Positions 54,719 through 64,000 of a stretch of 64,000 bases of DNA are shown piece by piece (positions within the stretch are counted from its first letter, which is position 1; every line of letters begins with the position of its first letter). The DNA comes from Eledone cirrhosa (Eukaryota): positions 3,100,001 to 3,164,000 of the forward strand of contig OZ024754.1 of assembly GCA_964016885.1 (NCBI GenBank). The letters run 5' to 3'. Under the pieces are notes generated by a model that worked only from the letters and a program-made list of their open reading frames with translations, searched no databases and had not been told where the DNA came from. The position numbers were made by a program, and so were the translations under genes.

Positions 54719-54754
<36 letters not shown>

Positions 54755-54972
54755 AATATGAGAGAGAGAGAGAGCCATGTAGCGTACAAGAAACTCAGTG
54801 ATATATGCCTCTCTATCTCCCCTCCCCCTCTCTATCTCCCCTCTCTCTCTCTATGCCCCCCTCTCTCTCTCTCTCTCTACACACACACAAATATCTTTTC
54901 ATTTGCTTATTATGGCTCCATTGAGCTTGCTTAATAACCACAAAATTCTAAAGATATTTCATGTTTTAATTC

Positions 54973-55037
<65 letters not shown>

Positions 55038-55270
55038 GTGGTTACACAACAGTTAGTTCACCAAACTCAGATTACATATATACATATATATATACATATA
55101 TATATATATATATGTATATATAATGTATAAAAATCAATACAATATAATTACCTCATGCGGTAATTATATTGTATTGATTTTTATACATTAAATTTTGCTC
55201 TGATACTTACATAGAGCACTCTTCACTTCTATGACCTTTTCTGTTTCCAACGGAAATTTCAATACCTATG

Positions 55271-55362
<92 letters not shown>

Positions 55363-55411
55363 AAAGTGGTTACACAACAGTTAGTTCACCAAACTCAGAT
55401 TACATATATAC

Positions 55412-55454
<43 letters not shown>

Positions 55455-55681
55455 GATATGTATATATGTAATCTGATTTTTTCCGAATATAAATTATGAT
55501 ATTCGATTCGTTTACTATTATGCAAACAAGCCTTTTTTTTTAAAGCCATGTCAGTAGAATGAGCCCCTCATTCTTGCTCTTGTGTTGGCATGTAAACAGA
55601 ATCGAATATTATTACTAATATTCGAAAAACTCAGATTACGTTTAGTGTATTCAGCCATGTAGAGCGACAACTTTTTGTTAG

Positions 55682-55733
<52 letters not shown>

Positions 55734-56039
55734 CTAACAAAAAGTTGCAGTAATCCAATGATTTGATCAGAGTCAGACACTGTATTTAAGGTCGACTGAC
55801 GCAATTTCGAGTGATTAGCGGCCTTTAGACTCCCCTGACGAACGAAACAATTGTTAATACTGTAAATAAAACCCTTTTTGTACAGCCGACCATGTTATTC
55901 TTCACTCTTTCACACACACACACACATACATACATATATATATATATATATACACTCTTTAATTATATATCTATATCAAGCAAGCAAATCTATCAAAGAG
56001 GAGAAATAGGTGATTAGTTAAAGAGATTACAAGCCAGTA

Positions 56040-56260
56040 GAGAGAAGGTTAGTGTGCTCGATACGTATAGATTGCAAGACAACAGAACCAAACAAGTAAA
56101 TGGAAGAATATATGTCGAGCAAAATTATTATAAGCAGGGCTAAAAAGCATGTTTGAAATGGAGAGAACAACAAGGATTTCTGAATACATATATTTATTGA
56201 CTGACAACTTGGTTCGGGCACTAAACTATCAATATGCACGTTGAGGATATGAATACCGAT
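56040..56260 (+). mobile_element. Highly decayed RTE-like LINE fragment
   Basis: Frameshifted KW..EYMSSKIIISRA..TWFGH motifs reminiscent of the RTE C-terminal region. Confidence 0.35.
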
Positions 56261-57685
56261 CACATACAGAAAGAGGACAATAAAAGCCTAAAGCCGATCC
56301 TCTTAATGTAAAATAATATAAGAAGAATAAATCTGTAGGTAGCTAGCTCTACGTGAGTTGTTTAGTAAAAGATGTTTAGAGAAATACTTCCACTCCTTGT
56401 GAAGTAAAGGATGTATAGATACTAAAAGATCACAGGAGAAAGGAAGATAGTAACGATCTGTGTCAGTAAATAACAGTTAATATAATTGATAAATGCGAGG
56501 GGCAGTGACTTAGCAGAATTCGTAGAGCATCTGATAGAATATCATTGCGTTCTTTGTTTCTGTTCTCAACATTCTATGTATGTTCTTCTTGTTTTATAAT
56601 TTCACAAATTTTTATCAATAGAGAGAGAGTCGGTTTCTAACATAGACACAAGACTCTCTCATTGGAATTTACACAACATCAACTAGGTAGATTATGTATG
56701 TATGTCCGCTTGTGTAGATATGGATGTTATTGTATGTGTGGATGTGTATGTTTTGAGTTGTATGTGTGCATGTGTATATGCTTTGCATCTGTACATGTGT
56801 ATATGCTTTGCATCTGTACATGTGTATATGGAATGTTTTACATATTTTTACTGTTACATATTTTTACTGTTCCATTTATGTATGTATGTAAGGTTGCTCT
56901 CGAGTGCTACTGGTAACATGTAGTCAGTCTCACGGTCGGGTCGTCGACGACTAAACCAGCAACCCCACCAAGCTTGCTTGGTGACGAGGGTGGTATTTGG
57001 ACACCTTGCCGGATGAAATAAAAAACCCGGCAAAGGGCGACGGAACTCAGCAGAATAGTACTTCTTTTTTTCACCTGGGAGGGAAACACCCCCTCCCCCA
57101 GTTGTTGTCACAACACCTTTCTAAGAGAGGGAAACTCTGAAAAAAAAAGAAAGACCTGCGGCTTCGGAAACATCCAATGAGGTCGACCAGTTCTCCTTTT
57201 CGGGTAGTGTTTTCGATGCTCAGAGAGTGGAATTGGTCGAGTGCAAGGCCTTTCCTCACTTTAAAAAAACCTTCAGGATATGTTGCAGGTTTGTGTGGCT
57301 GGCCGTAGCCTAAAAGTGCACCAAGCTCTATAATCTGACAAGCGATTGCAATACTCTTAACAGAGTTTACAACCATTATATATATATATATATATAACGG
57401 ACGAAACCATGGTAGAGGTATTTAAATGTATTCTATTTTCTCCTAGTTTATTTTAAACCTAATTCTGCTCAGTTGACTGTATCTAGGCGATTACGCTGTC
57501 GAAATATTCGATAAATATTCCACTACGGCCGACGCGAAGCGCTAGTTTTGGTTATTTGTCGGAGATTCCTTCATAGAAGCCTCATTCGTATAGCCTGGTC
57601 TATTCGATTTTTTATATGGTTAATTATGCTAATTGGGAGAGGAAATAGTATATATTTTATCTTGTGATTCTATAGACATGTTTTA

Positions 57686-57726
<41 letters not shown>

Positions 57727-57731
<5 letters not shown>

Positions 57732-57919
57732 TTGTTTCTACTCTTTGGCACAATGCCAGCAATTACCCAGTGTATTACTGGTACTTTATTTTATCGACCC
57801 CGTAAGGATGAAAGGCTAAGTTAACCTCGGCGGGATTTGAACTCAGAATGGCAAGGGCCGTAACTCTATGCGTCAAAGCATGGCGTCCGACCCTCTACCG
57901 ATACTGCCAATCCACCGCC
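57727..57919 (-). mobile_element. SINE family B full-length copy
   Basis: Reverse complement of the 58858-59040 consensus, flanked by TA repeats. Confidence 0.85.
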
Positions 57920-58857
57920 TATATATATAATTGTTTCTACTTTAGGCACATGGCCAGCAATTACCCAGTACATTACTGGTACTTTATTTTATCGACCGCC
58001 TATATATAATGATGGTTGTACAGGTGAGTGTAAAGCTAGCAATAGAGTTAAGTAAGATATGAGATGTAGGCCTCCATTAAAACTACTTATTAAGGTTTTT
58101 TTTTTCCTCTACTTAATACATCCTTTATATATGGTTTACAGGTAAAATTCGCCCCCCCCCCTACGGTCGTAAATGACCATGGGTATTGCACTTAGAAAGT
58201 TCTGATAAGGTGTTTTTGTGAAAGAACAGTTGTCGCCCATGCATGTCAGTCTCTTCTTTCAGAGACAAACCATGAGCAAGATGGTTGGATAACACCCATG
58301 AGCTCCGTTTGTCTCGCTTGGGGATCTAGTCGGATCAGTTGGAGACAGTTTGTTTCGGATAGGTTCCTTTGGACAGCGTATCAGAGGACTCTACTCTCAT
58401 GATCCTCTCAGAGTGAAGAAAACGAAGAAGAATTAGGAGGAGATTGTGGTGGTGGAGGTTGATGATGATTATTATTAGATTAGGGTTGGATATACAGCAT
58501 CCTAATATAATTAGAAATGTAAATTTCATTTGTAATTATAATATCCTAAAACTGAAGAAGCCTTAAATATTTTCCGAAACTGAAACATTAAAACCATTCA
58601 AACATAAACAACTGTTTTAAAATAACACTAAGCTGATGTTTAATAAAACGACGAGCAGCAGTTCTTCCCCTTACATTAATATTTAGGTTATTTCCCTTGT
58701 ATTGTCAATTTCACGATTGAGATAATGGATGTTTGAAATTAGATCGTTTATCTCCTAAAATGTTTACCTCCCTTGAATTGTTTTTTTGTTTTTTTTTGCG
58801 GAATGATTTGACTTTTAATAGTTTTGGAATATTAATCTAAATCTATTATTTCTCTTT

Positions 58858-59040
58858 GGATTGGCAGTATCGGTAGAGGGTCGGACGCCATGCTTTCCAG
58901 CATAGTTACGTCCCTTTATGATCTGAGTTCAAATCCCCCCGAGGTTGACTTTGCCTTTCATCCTTACGGGGTCGATAAAATAAAGTACCAGTAATGCACT
59001 GGGTAATTGCTGGCCTTGTGCCTAAAGTAGAAACAATTAT
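58858..59040 (+). mobile_element. tRNA-derived SINE, family B (representative copy; about 20 copies or fragments in the window)
   Basis: TGGCAGTATCGG..GAGTTCAAATCC, centre GACTTTGCCTTTCATCCTTACGGGGTCGATAAAATAAAGTACCAG (resembles the Meta/MESC domain), tail gaaacaattatt. Other copies near 12860, 24195, 31310, 32905, 34160, 34320, 37408, 38240, 45815, 46060, 46665, 48160, 52355-52945, 57727, 59498 and 63886. Confidence 0.85.
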
Positions 59041-59704
59041 TTCTCTTTCTGCTGAATCTTTTACTAATTAATTAGTTTACTTGTTTTTCCTAACATCTCT
59101 ATGGCCTGGTATCCAAATCATTGTTACTTTTTATTATTTTCTGATAGTAGTAGTATCAAATGGTTAAATAGATATCTTTCTTTAGGATAATTAGAAAGAA
59201 AGATGTATAAAACTTCTGTTACTTAAGGGACCTAATTATAAATGATAAAGGATCTGATGATCAAAAAGTAATAAACATTAGATAAGTTAGATGTTTTTAG
59301 CAGAAATCTCTTAAGATTACTATCTGGATCTTTTTTTTTTTTTTTTTTTCGTGATTGAAATAATTCAACCGTCGATAACCTATCATTATGGGGTCGATAA
59401 AATAAAGTACCAGTAACGCACTGGGGGGTAGATTTAATTGACTTTCTCCTTCCCCGCAAAATTGTTGGCCTTGTGCCTAAATCAGAAACCATTATAATGG
59501 TGGTGGATTGGCATAATCAGTAGGGCGTCGGACAACATGCTTAGTGGCATAGAGTTTCGGCTCTTTACGTTCTGAGTTCAAATCCTGCCGAGGTTAGCTT
59601 TGCCTTTCATCCTTACGGGGTCGATAAAATAAAGTACCAGTAATGCACTGGGGTCGAGTTAACCGACTTTCCCCTCCCCCCAGATTACTGTGCCTAAAGT
59701 AGAA

Positions 59705-59736
<32 letters not shown>

Positions 59737-60296
59737 GTTTTAAGTTTCCTTGTGTACTGTACTCAACAGAAATTGACGTGGATTAAAGCTTATTTGGTTT
59801 AATGAAATCATTTCTAGACTAGTTCTAGACTGAAAGTTTATTTAGATATTTTACATTAAAATATCTCCACAGCTTCTGTCTTGTTAATTACTTTCTGTCA
59901 GCACACAGCAGAACAAGAAAAACTGGGTCACCACCCTAGCGATATTCACTTTTACAGATGTCACCATTAACACATTTTCACACCAATAAATGGTAGACAA
60001 CTCTTAAATATTTCATGATTATATTCGTCTAAAAACTTTCCATCATAATTTTATGTAAGAACCTCAGTTAAGTTATTTTGAAAACACCAGATAAATAATG
60101 ATAAAGTTAGCCATTTTATGTGCCAAATCCTTCCAAATTGTTGGTTATTTTCAAAGAGATTTCGAAATTATAGGCAGTGTTATTTACAATTGAAATATGA
60201 AATTATTATTGACATTTATAAATAAACTGATGAGGTTATTGTGGCAGACGATAACTATGTGAATGTCTGCTTGTATATGAATGTGAGTATTTATAT

Positions 60297-60585
60297 CAGG
60301 CATGGGCAATCTTTTTCGAGAAGCGGGCCGCATGAGATATGTCTCATCATCAGGCGGGCCGCAAGCGCTGATTTACATTCGTGCCCACATTAAAAAAAGG
60401 GTGGTAACTCAGGTTGTTTTGATTTGTTTCTTCAGAATTCGTACACGTTGTTTTCCGTGATCGTAAAAATGATAGAAAGATAAATTACGACTGAAAAGTT
60501 GAGGTAAAAACATCAAAAAGATTTCACTTAGGTGACTTAGACAATCATTCAGAAAGCTTCGCAGGTTGCAGGTTGCCCATGACTG
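60297..60585. mobile_element. hAT (Charlie-like) MITE
   Basis: TIRs CAGGCATGGGCAA / TTGCCCATGACTG, subterminal gcgggccgca repeats, degenerate 8-bp flanks atttatat / gtatacat. Confidence 0.7.
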
Positions 60586-61105
60586 GTATACATATGTATC
60601 AAACGTTAACACACAAGTTACACAATCATATTTATTAATTATACGTATTTCTGTGTCACTAACATCGAGCTGTTGTGCAATCGTTACAATAGCGATCTGC
60701 GCATATGTGGGGTCATCAGATATATTAACACAATTATGTAGGTGGATTGATATGTTTCTGGCTAACCATGTTTGCGAAAGACCGGATAATATATGATTCG
60801 CCTGGTATTTTTTTCTTGCATCCGTTTTCTAGTAAATATATTTTCTTTGGTGGAATTTTTAAGACTCTTAGCTTGTTTGTTATGATTAAATGATGTCAGT
60901 TGAAGTATATAGTAGTATGTAGACTATTTCTTATTCTTTCTGTGGACTTCGAGATTACTATCAGTTCTTTATATAGAGTGTACGCACGCATTATTCTGTA
61001 GCCATCCAATTGTCTTTGGTTACCGAAAATTTGTTGCTTGAGCCTTATCTGTTCTTGGTCCAACATGTCTTGTGGTCATTTCATTATTGGCTTATCAGTA
61101 ATATA

Positions 61106-61300
61106 CTAGGGTTAGGGCTATAGCTAGGACTAGCGTTAGGGCTATGGCTAGGGTAATGGCTAGGGCTAGGACTAGCGTTAGGGCTAAAGTTAGAGTGAGG
61201 GTTAGGGTTATATTCAGGGTTAGGGTAAGGTTTTGGGCTAGGGTTAGGGAAATGGCTAGGGTAAGGGTTAGAGTCGGGGTCTGGGTTAGTGTTAGGGTTA
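61106..61300 (+). repeat. Degenerate telomere-like (TTAGGG-type) hexamer array
   Basis: About 32 hexamers such as gttagg, gctagg and gtaagg. Confidence 0.8.
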
Positions 61301-61339
61301 AGCAGCGCGTAATACAGACAGACAGAAATACATACCTAG

Positions 61340-61379
<40 letters not shown>

Positions 61380-61527
61380 AGTCATTCTCATGATACACCA
61401 CTGAAGAATCCACATACATAACATGTTAACTGAAGGAAGTTTTATGAGTTTTTGTCGTTGTATGTATGTATGTGTGTATGTATATATGTGTGTGTATATA
61501 TATATATATATGTACTCATACACACTC

Positions 61528-61587
<60 letters not shown>

Positions 61588-61724
61588 TCATATATATGTA
61601 TATTTTCGTGTGTGTGTGTGTGTAAAACCTCGTGTGTGTATGAGGAGTGTGGAGGCGGAAACGGAATACCTTGTTCAGAAAGAAATCTTAATTCTCAGTT
61701 TTCTCAGGCAGATCATCGTCCTCG

Positions 61725-62705
61725 CTAATATCACCATCACCATCACGACCATCACCATCATCACGTCCTCCCTAATATAACCATCACCATCATCATCACC
61801 ACCATCACGTCCTCGCTAATATAACCATCACCATCACCATCACCATCACCATCACCATCACCATCATCACCATCACCATCACCATCATCACGTCCTCTCT
61901 AATATAACCATCACCATCACTATCACCATCATCACGTCCTCTCTAATATAACCATCACCATCACCATCACCATCACCATCATCACCATCACCATCATCAC
62001 CATCACGTCCTCCCTAATATAACCATCACCATCACTATCATTATCACTATTATTACACCACCATCATCATCATCACCACCATCATCGTCCTTCCTAATAT
62101 AACCATCATCACCATTATCACCACCATCATCATCGCTATCATTATCATCATCACCATCATCATCATCGTCCACCCTAATATAACCATCGTTACCCTTATC
62201 ACTATCACCATCACCATCACCATCATCATCACCATCGCCATTAGCATTATCATCATCACCATCTTCACTGCTATCCTAACTACCATCATCATCATGATCA
62301 ACATTATCATCATCATAATCGGCATCACCGTCATCACCATCATCATCATCATCACCATCATCATGCTCATCCTCACTCCATTACCACCATCGCCATCATC
62401 ATCATCCTCGCCATCACCATCCTCGCCATCACCATCACCATCCTCGCCATCATCATCACATCACCATCATCACCATCATCATTCTCATCCCCACTCCATT
62501 ACCATCATCACCATCATCACCATCACCACCATCATCCTCGCCATCACCACCAGCCATCACCACCATCATCACCACCACCATCATCACCACCATCATCACC
62601 ACCATCATCACCATCATCACCATCACCACCATCATCATCACCACCATCATCATCGCCACCATCGCCGCCATCACCCTTGTCGCTATCATCACATCCTCCT
62701 CATCA
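61725..62705. repeat. (CAT/CAC)n array with a recurring cgtcctccctaatataac spacer
   Basis: Directly visible in the sequence. Confidence 0.9.
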
Positions 62706-63065
62706 GCTTCCCTATCTTAATAATCTGTTGAACTATGTTAGTAGTTATCAGATAACATCTCTTTTAAGCCACCCCCCACCCCCCGACCCCCCCACACACA
62801 CTCCCACTTCCCCCACTCCCTAATTAAACCAATAGTCAGCCATGTTATACTTCGGATTCAATTTAGTTGAAATTCAAGAAGGAGCTCAATACTACGTAAA
62901 AAGAAGAATAAAGCTAGGTAATCCCTGGGCTTATATAGACGGAAACGATATATCTGGTGGGAGGGGGAGCTACATTCCGATATGTTGTAGTCAAGGGCTA
63001 AACAACAGTACACTGACTAATGACATATACACACGTTCACATAGACATAGATATATATACATGCA

Positions 63066-63096
<31 letters not shown>

Positions 63097-63590
63097 TAGG
63101 TATGTATATATTGATAGGTATGTATATATATATGTGTGTATGGATACACACACACTCACACACACACATACACACACACATATACACACACACATATATA
63201 TACACATACATAAATACATATATATATGTATGTATATATATATATAAATACACACAGCAAAAGACATATGTATGTGTGTGTGTATATGTATGTATATATA
63301 CACACAGAAAAACACACAAACAATAATCTACAGCTTATATATATATATAGCTTATTTTTGTTGTCTCAATATCAAGTGAGAAACGGATGATGGACTGAAA
63401 ATATTCTGAAACTCTGATGTGTGGCGATCTCACGCGACTTCCAAGATAGAGATGTGACATGATCACACCTTAAAATGTTCATAGTGAAACTCATATTGGT
63501 ATATAATACTCATAGTGAAACTCATATTGGTATATATATAAGAGGTGTATATACCTCTTATATATATATATACACCCCATATACACCTCT

Positions 63591-63630
<40 letters not shown>

Positions 63631-63634
63631 TATA

Positions 63635-63816
63635 ACGAAGCAAATGTGGTAAGGAACCAGATGGACCATAACGCACCAAAGTACTCAATACTTAGGGTAG
63701 TAGAGTGGGTATTAGGAACGAGTAGGACCCCGACGGCTGACCTCAAGCCGTTTCGACGGCTAATTCTGGCCGTCGAAACGGCTAGAGCTCAGCCGTCGGG
63801 GTCCTACTCGTTCCTA
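63635..63816 (-). mobile_element. Penelope-like element end (family 1), foldback copy within (TA)n
   Basis: Hairpin 63713-63816 with GAAACGGCT-agagctc-AGCCGTC. Reverse-complement match to 13957-14172. Confidence 0.6.
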
Positions 63817-64000
63817 TATATATATATATATATAAAAACACACACACACACACACGAAGTTTCATTTACATGTATTTTATTATTATGGCAGTATCGGTAG
63901 AGCGTCTAACGCCATGCTTTGCATCATAGAGTTATGGCCCTTTACGGTTTGTGTTCAAATTCCGCCGAGGTTAACTTTGCCTTTGATCCTTACGGGGTCG

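Overview
Eukaryotic, AT-rich, microsatellite-dense genomic DNA, most likely from an octopus or other coleoid cephalopod (inferred from the SINE types and repeat landscape). It holds three spliced genes. (1) The 3' part of an LRIG-family receptor on the + strand: five coding exons at 67-21722 (two Ig domains, TM helix, low-complexity tail) and a probable long 3' UTR. (2, 3) Two complete, tandem, six-exon secreted S1A serine proteases on the - strand (33684-40114, 323 aa; 42557-50891, 348 aa). They have identical intron phases and intact catalytic triads but different Cys-rich N-terminal domains and non-Arg activation sites. Most ORFs in the supplied track are microsatellite artefacts. The most notable non-coding signal is a set of at least 12 short elements, mostly embedded in (TA)n tracts. 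They carry type I hammerhead-ribozyme motifs (three with a complete core), foldback inversions and a shared 3' hairpin motif (ACTCT..GTATTGAGTAC), and look like Penelope-like retroelement ends. Two lie just downstream of host stop codons. The window also contains tRNA-derived SINEs, RTE LINE remnants, several MITEs and minisatellites. Exon boundaries, hairpins and coordinates were read by eye; no database searches or folding programs were run.
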